From assembly GCA_043813585.1 (NCBI GenBank), contig JBDRKW010000006.1, forward strand, positions 79,444-143,443: DNA of 64,000 nt, given 5' to 3'. Source of the DNA: Candidatus Kerfeldbacteria bacterium (lineage in GTDB: Bacteria; Patescibacteriota; Patescibacteriia; UBA9570; XYC2-FULL-38-9). Shown here in pieces: positions 38,593-46,883 of this stretch. The position numbers and the translations under genes are program-made. A model generated the notes under the pieces. It ran no database searches. It saw only the letters and a program-made list of their open reading frames with translations, and was not told the DNA's origin. Every line of letters begins with the position of its first letter. Position 1 is the first letter of the stretch.

Positions 38593-39018
38593 TTACTTCG
38601 TTGCCGGTTTGGCTGCTTTCTTCGTCACAGTCTTTTTCTTGGCAACCGGCGCTTTTTTTGCTGCCGCTTTCTTCGTTTCAGTTCCTTCCTTCTCATCCAA
38701 TACAACCGTCAACTGGCTTGTACGCTTCCGGATCATGGCAGCGCGGCCGAATGCACGCGCGCGGTACCGTTTAATGGTAAATCCCTCGTCTGCAGTAATG
38801 GATGCAATATACAAATTCTCCTTTTGGAGTTTGTTGTTATGTTCAGCGTTCGCGGCAGCGGAACGGATCAACTTCAGCACAGATTCGGCGCCTTTTTTGT
38901 TCATGAACTGCAGCACACGCTCTGCCTCAGCAACAGAAAGACCCCGTACCTGGTCAACAACCAGCCGGATTTTCCGGGGTGAGATTCTAATATGTTTTGC
39001 TGATGCCTGTACTTTCAT
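38593..39018 (-). CDS. rplV: 50S ribosomal protein L22 with Ala/Lys-rich C-terminal extension
   Basis: 141 aa. MKVQASAKHIRISPRKIRLV. Confidence 0.9.
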   Translation of the reverse strand: MKVQASAKHIRISPRKIRLVVDQVRGLSVAEAERVLQFMNKKGAESVLKLIRSAAANAEHNNKLQKENLYIASITADEGFTIKRYRARAFGRAAMIRKRTSQLTVVLDEKEGTETKKAAAKKAPVAKKKTVTKKAAKPATK

Positions 39019-39020
39019 AA

Positions 39021-39365
39021 TTATTTTTCTTCAGTTGCCGATTCTTGCGCTTTTGCGACGTCTGCCTTTGCAGCCTCTGCTTCGGCTATTGCCTCTTCTT
39101 TCGCCATTCTGCCGCCATGGCCGCGGAATGTACGCGTATGGGCAAACTCACCGAGCTTATGCCCGATCATGTTTTCGACAACAAGCACATCAATAAAATT
39201 CTTGCCGTTATGAACCTGGAACGTCATGCCGACCATGTCAGGCGTGATCGTCGAAGAACGCGCCCATGTCTTGATTGGCTTCTTGTCGTTTCCATCCTTC
39301 GCCTTCTGCACCTTCTTCATCAGCTTCGGATCGAGGTATGGTCCTTTTTTAAGACTTCTTCCCAT
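39021..39365 (-). CDS. rpsS: 30S ribosomal protein S19
   Basis: 114 aa. [19 protein letters not shown], with a ~20-aa acidic/Ala tail. Confidence 0.9.
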   Translation of the reverse strand: MGRSLKKGPYLDPKLMKKVQKAKDGNDKKPIKTWARSSTITPDMVGMTFQVHNGKNFIDVLVVENMIGHKLGEFAHTRTFRGHGGRMAKEEAIAEAEAAKADVAKAQESATEEK

Positions 39366-39372
39366 AGTTCAT

Positions 39373-40215
39373 TTATTTCTTACGTTTCTTACGACGGCTT
39401 ACAATATATTTATTCGATGTCTTATTTGATTTGCGTGTTTTCACGCCAAGAGCCGGCTTGCCCTGAGGAGTTTTTGGATGCTTCATGCCGATCGGCTGGC
39501 TTCCTTCGCCGCCCCCGTGCGGATGATCTACCGGATTCATAGCTTTACCGCGGACCGTCGGACGGAAACCGCGATGACGCATGCGTCCTGCCTTGCCCCA
39601 GCGGATATTGCCCCAATCGGCGTTTGAAACCTGGCCGACAGACGCGCGGCATTGCGCGGCAAACTTGCGAATCTCGCCGGATGACATTTTCAGCTGCACC
39701 ATTCCCGCGTCCTGGGACATCACAGAAGCGCTCGAACCCGCAGAACGGATGATCGAACCGCCCTGTCCCGGAACCAGTTCAACATTATGCACCAGCGTAC
39801 CGACCGGAATCTTGCCCAGCGGCATCCGGTTTCCCGGTTTCATATCTACCATTTTATCTGTAGAAATAATTTCCTGGCCTACTTTCATGCCCGCTGCTCC
39901 AAGAATATATGCCCGATCGCCGTCCTTGTATTCAATCAATACAACGCGTGCGGAACGGTTCGGATCATACTCAATCGCTACAATCGTTGCCGGGTCATTC
40001 AGGCGGCCCATGACGAAATCAATCTTGCGGTAACGGCGCTTAGCCCCGCCTCCGCGGTGTCGAACGGTAATCTTGCCCTGGTTATTGCGTCCGGCCTGTT
40101 TCTTGATTGACGAAGTCAGCTTCTTATCCGGCGACCGCTTTGTAATATCGGAAAAGCTGTCTCCTGAGGAGATCCTGCGGCCTGCTGATGTCGGTTTGTG
40201 CTGTTTGACTGCCAT
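39373..40215 (-). CDS. rplB: 50S ribosomal protein L2
   Basis: 280 aa. MAVKQHKPTSAGRR ... GGGEGSQPIG. Confidence 0.9.
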   Translation of the reverse strand: MAVKQHKPTSAGRRISSGDSFSDITKRSPDKKLTSSIKKQAGRNNQGKITVRHRGGGAKRRYRKIDFVMGRLNDPATIVAIEYDPNRSARVVLIEYKDGDRAYILGAAGMKVGQEIISTDKMVDMKPGNRMPLGKIPVGTLVHNVELVPGQGGSIIRSAGSSASVMSQDAGMVQLKMSSGEIRKFAAQCRASVGQVSNADWGNIRWGKAGRMRHRGFRPTVRGKAMNPVDHPHGGGEGSQPIGMKHPKTPQGKPALGVKTRKSNKTSNKYIVSRRKKRKK

Positions 40216-40217
40216 AC

Positions 40218-40688
40218 TTATGTTCCTTCGTAAACATTAATAGCTTCACCTTTTGGCAGGCGGACAATCGCCTTCTTCCAGCTCTTCCGCTGCCCTTCCC
40301 GGTTGTTCATCCGAACCACTTTGCCTCCGACATTCATCATGCGGACATGCATCGGCTCTACGCCGTACACCCGCTTTACCTCTTTCCTCACTTCCGCTTT
40401 GTTCGTTTCAGGAGCTACTTCAAATACATAGGTGCCGGTCATGGTCGCTTTCTCGGTAATCAGAGGACGCATCAGCACTTTGCTTGACGGTACTGCCAGC
40501 TTTGGGCCGGCAGACTCGGCTTTCTTCCGTGTCGGAAGAATGCCCTTTCCCTTCTTTTCAGACTTGTCAGCTTTCTTTTCTGGCTTCTCTACTTTCTTCG
40601 GCGCCTTTTTCACGTCATCAACAACACCGCCGCGCTGCTTTTCAGTAAGTTCTTCTTTTTGCTTTTTGAATCGGTCGAGAATTCCCAT
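40218..40688 (-). CDS. rplW: 50S ribosomal protein L23 with ~60-aa Lys-rich N-terminal extension
   Basis: 156 aa. The L23 core (LMRPLITEKATM...) is preceded by the low-complexity stretch KKVEKPEKKADKSEKKGKG. Confidence 0.85.
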   Translation of the reverse strand: MGILDRFKKQKEELTEKQRGGVVDDVKKAPKKVEKPEKKADKSEKKGKGILPTRKKAESAGPKLAVPSSKVLMRPLITEKATMTGTYVFEVAPETNKAEVRKEVKRVYGVEPMHVRMMNVGGKVVRMNNREGQRKSWKKAIVRLPKGEAINVYEGT

Positions 40689-40692
40689 ATGC

Positions 40693-41322
40693 TTACTTTA
40701 ACGCGGATGTTACTGTTTCAACGCCGTCTTTATCAATAAGAACATAGTTATACTTCAACACGTCGCCGACGCTCAACGAATCGGCCAGCACGGTATTGGC
40801 GTTTGGCAGATTGTTCGCCGCACGCGTCAATTTCGCATTCTTCTTGCCGGATGCAATCAATACTGATTTGCCTTTTGACGGAAGCGCGCTTAATACTGTT
40901 GCCAGCTGTTTTGTCTTACCTTCCAGCTGCTCTATAGAATCAATAACTATAAACATATTTCCTGAAACCTTATCGGACAATACCATTGAAAGCGCTTTCC
41001 GCTTTTCTTTCTTGTTCACCTTCTTGGTCATGTTGCGATCATTGGTCGGACCGAATGTGACGCCGCCTCCGCGCCAAATTGGTGAGCGGCTCGAACCGTG
41101 ACGTGCGCGTCCGGTGCCCTTCTGGCGCCATGGCTTGCGTCCGCCGCCCCTTTTCTCGGCGCGCTGTTTCGTATGTGCATACGGAATATGCGCATTCGCC
41201 TGCTGTGCGCTTACCACGAACTGCACCAATTCCGGATTGACTTCAACGCCAAACACGGCATCGTCGAGTTCGATCTCGCCGCTTGCCTTGCCGTCCAGGT
41301 TGTAGAGTTTCACCTTTGCCAT
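40693..41322 (-). CDS. rplD: 50S ribosomal protein L4
   Basis: 209 aa. Conserved KQKGTGRARHGS motif. Confidence 0.9.
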   Translation of the reverse strand: MAKVKLYNLDGKASGEIELDDAVFGVEVNPELVQFVVSAQQANAHIPYAHTKQRAEKRGGGRKPWRQKGTGRARHGSSRSPIWRGGGVTFGPTNDRNMTKKVNKKEKRKALSMVLSDKVSGNMFIVIDSIEQLEGKTKQLATVLSALPSKGKSVLIASGKKNAKLTRAANNLPNANTVLADSLSVGDVLKYNYVLIDKDGVETVTSALK

Positions 41323-41328
41323 AGTGGT

Positions 41329-41952
41329 TTATGCCGATTTTGCTGATTTGATAGTAACGATAGAACCGTTTGCACCCGGAACCGCGCCTTTCACCTTTAC
41401 GGTGTTGGTTTTCGCATCCGCCGAAATAATCTCCAGGTTCTTAACCGTAACGTTCTTATTGCCCATCTGGCCGCCCATACGCATTCCTTTAATAACATGC
41501 TGCGGCTGCTGTGCGCCAATCGAACCAGGCATGCGATTCTGGTCTTTATGGCCATGCGTTGCCGGTGAACCATGGAACCCGTGGCGCTTGACGACGCCTG
41601 CAAATCCACAGCCGATGCTGACTCCGCTGACGTCAACCATATCGCCTGCTTCAAACGTGTCGGCCGTGATTTTCTGACCCCGTTCATAGGTCTCTTCACT
41701 GCCGTCCGTCCGGAATTCGTTCAATACTGCAAACGTACCAAGGCCTTTTGTGTGGCCTTTCACTGACTTGCTGACATTCTTTTCTTTGCGCTCCCCAAAC
41801 CCGACCTGTACGGCCGAATAACCGTCAAAAGCATCTGTTTTTACCTGCGTTACAATAACCGGGCCGGCCTGAAGAATAGTTACCGGCGTAACCATGCCGT
41901 CTTCGCCATACTCCTGGCTCATTTCAATTTTCTTTGCAATCAGGAATTTCAT
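41329..41952 (-). CDS. rplC: 50S ribosomal protein L3
   Basis: 207 aa. GVTKGKGFAGVVKRHGF-type motif (GFAGVVKRHGFHG). Confidence 0.9.
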   Translation of the reverse strand: MKFLIAKKIEMSQEYGEDGMVTPVTILQAGPVIVTQVKTDAFDGYSAVQVGFGERKEKNVSKSVKGHTKGLGTFAVLNEFRTDGSEETYERGQKITADTFEAGDMVDVSGVSIGCGFAGVVKRHGFHGSPATHGHKDQNRMPGSIGAQQPQHVIKGMRMGGQMGNKNVTVKNLEIISADAKTNTVKVKGAVPGANGSIVTIKSAKSA

Positions 41953-42180
41953 AGTTTGATTATTGTTGACAGGCCGATAAAAAAGCCGTCATTTACGCGC
42001 ACCACACCGGTGTGATTTTCGTAGATCACGGCTCTTACTCATTGAACTCGTAATTGTGTGTAACGCTTTTTTATCCTTGTGTGCTTCTCTCTGATGGGCG
42101 GCTGATATCCCGTATGGGATCATTTTCGTCCGATGCAGAGGAAACGTATTAACTTCTTGTCAAAATGTGCAGAAATGATC

Positions 42181-42540
42181 TTAAATCATTTTCATTTCGA
42201 TATCAACCCCTGACGGCAAGGACAGGTTTGACAGCTCGTCAATCGTCTTTGGCGTTGGATTGATGATATCGACCAGCCGCTTGTGCACGCGCATTTCATA
42301 TTGGTCGCGCGCATCCTTGTGCACAAACGTGGATTTCAGCACCGTGAACTTCGACTTTTCAGTCGGCAGCGGCACCGGTCCGACAACTGTTGACCCCGAT
42401 CGCGTCGCCGTGTCAATGATGGTCTTGGTCGACTTATCGATGATCTTGCTGTCGTATGCCCGGATCTTCACGCGCAATTTCGTGGCAACCTCCGTGTCCG
42501 GACGCATATTCTTTTCGGTTTTTTTCTTTGTGGTCGGCAT
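42181..42540 (-). CDS. rpsJ: 30S ribosomal protein S10
   Basis: S10 core KLRVKIRAYDSKIID...GPVPLPT...KDARDQYE. The start may be the second Met (MRPDTE). Confidence 0.9.
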   Translation of the reverse strand: MPTTKKKTEKNMRPDTEVATKLRVKIRAYDSKIIDKSTKTIIDTATRSGSTVVGPVPLPTEKSKFTVLKSTFVHKDARDQYEMRVHKRLVDIINPTPKTIDELSNLSLPSGVDIEMKMI

Positions 42541-42610
42541 TGATGTATAAAGAGCAAGAATTCACCCGCCCCTTCTTGCAAGAAGGAAGAGAGGGCGGGC
42601 ATTCAAATTC

Positions 42611-43801
42611 TTATGCGATTATCTTAGTTACAACTCCTGAAGCAACCGTCTTTCCGCCCTCACGGACAGCAAAGCGCTGCTTCTCTTCCAGAGCAACCGG
42701 CTTGCCGAGTTTCACCTTGAAACTGACGGTATCGCCAGGCATGACCATCTCTGTGCCTTCAGGCAATTCAACTTCTCCGGTCACGTCCGTGGTGCGGATA
42801 TAGAACTGCGGCTTGTAACCCTTGGTAAACGGTGTTGCACGGCCGCCTTCATCCTTTGACAGGACATAGACCTCTGCATCAAATTCCGTGTGCGGAGTAA
42901 CCGATCCCGGTTTCGCAAGCACCTGACCGCGCTCAACCTCTTCCTTCTTGGTGCCGCGCAGCAAAATTCCGGCGTTATCGCCAGCCATACCTTCGTCCAA
43001 CTGCTTGTTGAACATCTCAATGCCTGTTACGACCGATTTCTGCGTTTCACCCAGACCCACGATCTCAACATCTTCATTAACACCCACTTTTCCGCGTTCA
43101 ATACGGCCGGTCACCACTGTGCCGCGGCCTTCAATTGAGAAGATATCTTCAATCGGCATCAGGAAATCCTGGTCAACGTCACGTACCGGTTGCGGAATGT
43201 ATTCGTCCAGGGTTTTTAGCAGTTCGATGATCGGCTTTGCGGCCTCTTCGTCAGTCGGATTCTCCAGTGCTTTCAGTGCAGAACCGCGGATAATAGGCGT
43301 TTCATCGCCCGGGTATTCATATTTGTTCAACAGGTCGCGGATTTCAACTTCAACCAGCGTCAAAAGCTCTTCGTCTTCAACCTGGTCAACTTTATTCAGG
43401 AAAACCACAACTGAAGGGACGCCGACCTGGCGAGCGAGCAGGATATGCTCTTTTGTCTGGGGCATTGGGCCGTCTGTTGCAGAAACAACAAGAATAGCGC
43501 CATCCATCTGAGCAGCGCCTGTGATCATGTTCTTCACATAATCTGCGTGGCCCGGGCAGTCAACGTGAGCATAATGACGTTTGTCCGTCTCGTACTCAAC
43601 GTGTGATGTATTAATAGTGATACCGCGCTCCTTTTCTTCCGGAGCGTTGTCGATGTCCTCAAACTTCTTGTCCTGTGCGGTTTTACCCTGTGCACCGGAA
43701 ACAGCGAGGATCGCAGCCGTCAACGTGGTTTTACCGTGGTCAACGTGACCAATGGTGCCGACATTGACGTGCGGTTTTGATCGATCGAACTTGTCAGCCA
43801 T
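42611..43801 (-). CDS. tuf: Elongation factor Tu
   Basis: 396 aa. [22 protein letters not shown]. Confidence 0.95.
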   Translation of the reverse strand: MADKFDRSKPHVNVGTIGHVDHGKTTLTAAILAVSGAQGKTAQDKKFEDIDNAPEEKERGITINTSHVEYETDKRHYAHVDCPGHADYVKNMITGAAQMDGAILVVSATDGPMPQTKEHILLARQVGVPSVVVFLNKVDQVEDEELLTLVEVEIRDLLNKYEYPGDETPIIRGSALKALENPTDEEAAKPIIELLKTLDEYIPQPVRDVDQDFLMPIEDIFSIEGRGTVVTGRIERGKVGVNEDVEIVGLGETQKSVVTGIEMFNKQLDEGMAGDNAGILLRGTKKEEVERGQVLAKPGSVTPHTEFDAEVYVLSKDEGGRATPFTKGYKPQFYIRTTDVTGEVELPEGTEMVMPGDTVSFKVKLGKPVALEEKQRFAVREGGKTVASGVVTKIIA

Positions 43802-44042
43802 AAGTTTCTATAACTTTGTTTAGATAAAAATTCTTAATAAATAGACGATTCCGCAAAATGTATTGCGAAACGCGAAGTTAAAGATAGTGTGTTTACTATA
43901 GTCTGTCAAGTATTGGGCCCTGAACAGACCGCGTGTAAAACAGAGACGATTATACTTGAAACTGTTTGCTATGGCAAGAATTGTGCCTGTTCATGGTTTG
44001 GGGATAAACATAGTATAACTATTTCGCTAAAATTAGCCATAA

Positions 44043-45059
44043 TTAATATTCATCTTCACCAATAAACCAATCAAGATTCCTAATATGACTCGCCAACATA
44101 TCCGTATTCCCATGTTGTAGCAAGCCAATATATGATTGTAATACTGCAGGCAATGGGCACTGAAAAAAACGACGAAACATGCGTTGCTTTGTCCTTGTGC
44201 GCAATACCTTATGGTCCGAAAAATGCACCCAGCCCAGGAAGTCTATGCCTGAAGCTAATGAATGGATGTGCACTTTTTTTGAATGAAGCGACAAGCTTAG
44301 TTGACGATCCAGGAACAAACGTATTTGCGGAATCTGATGCACCAGCCATTCACGGTCATCAGACATCACAACAAAATCATCGGCATAGCGTATATAGGAC
44401 TTCGCTTTCAGCTGATGCTTTGCGAACTGGTCGAACTCATTCATATAGACATTCACAAACAGCTGCGAAGTCAGATTGCCAAGCGGTAGGCCAACCCTGA
44501 GAGATGAAAGATAAAAACTGGAAATAACACCCTCAAGAAGCCGCATAATATCCTCGTCAGGGATGTATTGCCGTAAAATCCCTATAAGAATGCCATGGTC
44601 GATAGATGCAAAAAACTTCCGAATATCACACTGCAGTACCCAGCAGGTTCGGGTGTTATTCCTGCTGGCTTTATATGCCATGGAACGAAACCGATCATTC
44701 GCTGCATGTGTTCCTTTGTTATTCCTGCATGAAAAAGAATCCGCAATAAATGTGCGGTCAAAAAAAGGATACAACTTGCGGTATATTGCGTGGTGCAATA
44801 ATCGATCACGGACGTCAGCCTTGTGGATGTGCCGGGGTTTCGGATCTGTGATATGGAAGCTATAATACCTGCCATGCCTGTAACTAAAGGATGCCAGCTC
44901 GTCATGCAGCTGAAGTATATTTGCCATCAGGTGACGTGAAAACAACTGCACATCCGGCTTTCCGCGTTTTCCGCGCACAAATTCTTTCCAGGCGGCTAAC
45001 AAATTTTCCACCGAAATAATTTCTTCGTAACTATGGCTGAATTGAATTCTCATAACCAA
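44043..45059 (-). CDS. Diversity-generating retroelement reverse transcriptase
   Basis: 338 aa. RT motifs include YADDFVV (motif 5) and the DGR-diagnostic LPLGNLTSQ (LGxxxSQ in place of the group II/retron QGxxxSP). The N-terminus AWKEFVRGKRGKPDV is typical of DGR RTs. An adjacent TR/VR pair is present. Confidence 0.85.
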   Translation of the reverse strand: MVMRIQFSHSYEEIISVENLLAAWKEFVRGKRGKPDVQLFSRHLMANILQLHDELASFSYRHGRYYSFHITDPKPRHIHKADVRDRLLHHAIYRKLYPFFDRTFIADSFSCRNNKGTHAANDRFRSMAYKASRNNTRTCWVLQCDIRKFFASIDHGILIGILRQYIPDEDIMRLLEGVISSFYLSSLRVGLPLGNLTSQLFVNVYMNEFDQFAKHQLKAKSYIRYADDFVVMSDDREWLVHQIPQIRLFLDRQLSLSLHSKKVHIHSLASGIDFLGWVHFSDHKVLRTRTKQRMFRRFFQCPLPAVLQSYIGLLQHGNTDMLASHIRNLDWFIGEDEY

Positions 45060-45117
45060 TCAGGACAATACCCCCCCCCAACAGCGTGGGGGCGATGATA
45101 TTCCAATTCTTGTTACG

Positions 45118-45465
45118 ATGCGGAGTGCATACGCTGCATGGCACGAATCGCTGAAGCACTTGCCGAAGGTATCGCGGTATTCGCTGGGAAAGAAAGTCGA
45201 CATATTGTTCACGGATACGATTGAAATAATACTTTACGCTGCGTATGCCAGGCGCGCTGACAAACTGGCGATTCTCCAAAAAGCCTGCGTAAAACTTGAT
45301 GCCCTGCAATTCTTCCTCCAACTCGCATGGGAACTGAACGTACTTGATAATAGGAAATATGGAGCTATTTCTACACCGCTAGCAGAAGTAGGAAAAATGC
45401 TCGGTGGCTGGAAAAAACAGTTTACGAAAGATGCCCCCAATAAACCGGGAGCACCTCGTGCATGA
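45118..45465 (+). CDS. avd: DGR accessory variability determinant (Avd-like four-helix-bundle protein)
   Basis: 115 aa, basic and helical. The C-terminus LDALQFFLQLAWELNV...PLAEVGKMLGGWKKQ parallels Bordetella-phage Avd (LAMLRFWLRFLAG...IAEVGRILGSWIARV). Oriented opposite to the RT, target and TR. Confidence 0.65.
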   Translation: MRSAYAAWHESLKHLPKVSRYSLGKKVDILFTDTIEIILYAAYARRADKLAILQKACVKLDALQFFLQLAWELNVLDNRKYGAISTPLAEVGKMLGGWKKQFTKDAPNKPGAPRA

Positions 45466-45471
45466 AGAGTG

Positions 45472-45596
45472 TTGCGGGGGACGCGAACCAGGAAGCGCCA
45501 GTTGTCGTTCCAGTCGTTCTCGAACCAGTTGAGGTTGAGGTTGCGCTCGTTGGCGTTCTCGTTCAGGTACGGCACGTTGCGGTTGCCGTTGGCATT
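45472..45596 (-). repeat. DGR template repeat (TR)
   Basis: 125 bp aligns without gaps to the VR at 45962-46086. All 15 mismatches fall on TR sense-strand adenines (34 A in total), mostly within AAC codons. The first 30 nt are identical to VR. Confidence 0.85.
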
Positions 45597-45904
45597 GTCC
45601 AGGGTACCATCCACACCACCACCCGTTGACTGCTCTCCGGGCTGTATCGAATTTGGGATATTTTAATCCTCCAGTACCCTGCACCAACAATCTTCATATT
45701 TAGAGTTTGCCGGCAGCACACTGGCCATTGCCGTGGCGTTGGCCACTCCGACCGGATCGGCAAACCCGGAATTCAACCGGCTGCAGCCGTAACCGCAGCC
45801 TGTCTCGTTTACTATCCATGTATTATTGTATCAAAATAATTGAATAAAAAAAGGGGCTTCACCAGAGAACCGGTCTCTAGGAAGCCATTTTGTCATCGCG
45901 CGAG

Positions 45905-45949
45905 GGACCAAGGGTCCAAGACCTAAAAGGACTAAGGATCCAAGAGTCC
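45905..45949 (-). promoter_or_regulatory. Two short GC hairpins just 3' of the VR/target stop (candidate DGR homing-enhancing structure)
   Basis: GGACC-AAG-GGTCC (45905-45917) and GGACT-(11-nt loop with GGATCC)-AGTCC (45929-45949). CCAAG/GTCCAAG motifs are repeated. Confidence 0.3.
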
Positions 45950-45954
45950 AAGCG

Positions 45955-46638
45955 CTAGTTTTTGCGGGGGACGCGAACCAGGAAGCGCCAGAAGTCGTAC
46001 CAGTCGTCCTCGAACCAGTAGAGGTAGAGGTCGCGCTCGCGGGCGCTCTCGTACAGGCACGGCACGTTGCGGTGGCCGTGGGCATCCGACCAGGGCACGC
46101 ACAGAATGGCGACAGGGAAGTCACGCTGCACGTCCGGGTAGTCCCGGGCGAACACGAGTCCATCGCCGAAGCTCGGACGCTGGTACCCGCTCTCCTTCAC
46201 GGCTGCCAGCACGTCCCCGGTGGACATGTAGCGGCCGAAGTGCACGACCGCCAAATCGTACTCTCCCTCTGCCGGGTCGTCCGGGGAGTTCTGCAGCGGA
46301 AACCGATCCTCGGTGATGTCCGAGTTGGTCCGGTCGAACTTCCCCGCCTTCAGTGCCTCGATCCAGCGCCAGCTAAGGCTCCAGGTCACCGGGAACGAGT
46401 CGCTCACCGTAAGCTTGACCGGCTTCAACTCGACCTTCGAGGCGCTGTCCGGCCGGCCCGCCTCCACGACCAGGTCAGCGAACCGACCGATCAGGGGACG
46501 GCCCTCCGGCGTTGCCAGGCGGTAGATCTCCTCGTCCATACCGCCGCGCTCCTTCACCGCGTTGACCAACTCGGTCCACACAGTGGTCAGAAGACCAGCT
46601 CCGGACACAATCGGGGACACATCTTTCCTCTTCGCCAT
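45955..46638 (-). CDS. DGR variable (target) protein with C-terminal FGE/C-type-lectin-like variable region
   Basis: 227 aa. The last ~42 codons form the VR (HGHRNVPCLYESARERDLYLYWFEDDWYDFWRFLVRVPRKN). The matching TR translation is NGNRNVPYLNENANERNLNLNWFENDWNDNWRFLVRVPRN. The protein ends with an FRxxR-like motif. Confidence 0.8.
   Translation of the reverse strand: MAKRKDVSPIVSGAGLLTTVWTELVNAVKERGGMDEEIYRLATPEGRPLIGRFADLVVEAGRPDSASKVELKPVKLTVSDSFPVTWSLSWRWIEALKAGKFDRTNSDITEDRFPLQNSPDDPAEGEYDLAVVHFGRYMSTGDVLAAVKESGYQRPSFGDGLVFARDYPDVQRDFPVAILCVPWSDAHGHRNVPCLYESARERDLYLYWFEDDWYDFWRFLVRVPRKN
45962..46086 (-). repeat. DGR variable repeat (VR) at the 3' end of the target gene
   Basis: See TR. 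Differences from TR occur only at TR adenines (A to T/G/C). The 30-nt identical GC-rich 3' block is IMH-like. Confidence 0.85.
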
Positions 46639-46835
46639 GACTTACTCCTTTCGTTATGCATTCCCCTCACCCTGCAACCACGCGAGGGCCTCAGGAACGC
46701 GGTTCGTCACAGCCCGCAATATACAAACCACGCTAACATAGCGCATTTACAGCCTGCGGACTGCAACGAAAAACTATCTGGCTATACATTAACCAGACAG
46801 TGGAAACTACACAATTTTGGCAAAAATGTCAAGGT

Positions 46836-46862
46836 ACAAAAAAGCCCGGGATCAACCGGGCT
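46836..46862 (-). terminator. Rho-independent terminator after fusA
   Basis: GCCCGG-ATCAA-CCGGGC stem-loop followed by TTTTTTGT on the minus strand, 20 nt after the fusA stop. Confidence 0.5.
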
Positions 46863-46883
46863 TTCCACTATCTGTACTTCTAT

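Noticed and set aside
41953-42180. 228-nt gap between rpsJ and rplC
   Set aside because: Longer than usual, with a few short palindromes (CACCGGTG, TCCC-ATAC-GGGA). There is no convincing ORF, terminator or known leader structure, so it is not reported as a feature.
44043-45059. Reverse transcriptase as a group II intron or retron
   Set aside because: There is no maturase/X or endonuclease domain and no intron RNA structure. The motif LGxxxSQ, the adjacent Avd and the adenine-specific TR/VR pair identify it as a DGR RT.
45234-45763. Minus-strand ORFs 45234..45614 and 45563..45763
   Set aside because: These are translations across the non-coding TR. They stay open only because the TR copies the VR coding frame. 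They are not independent genes.
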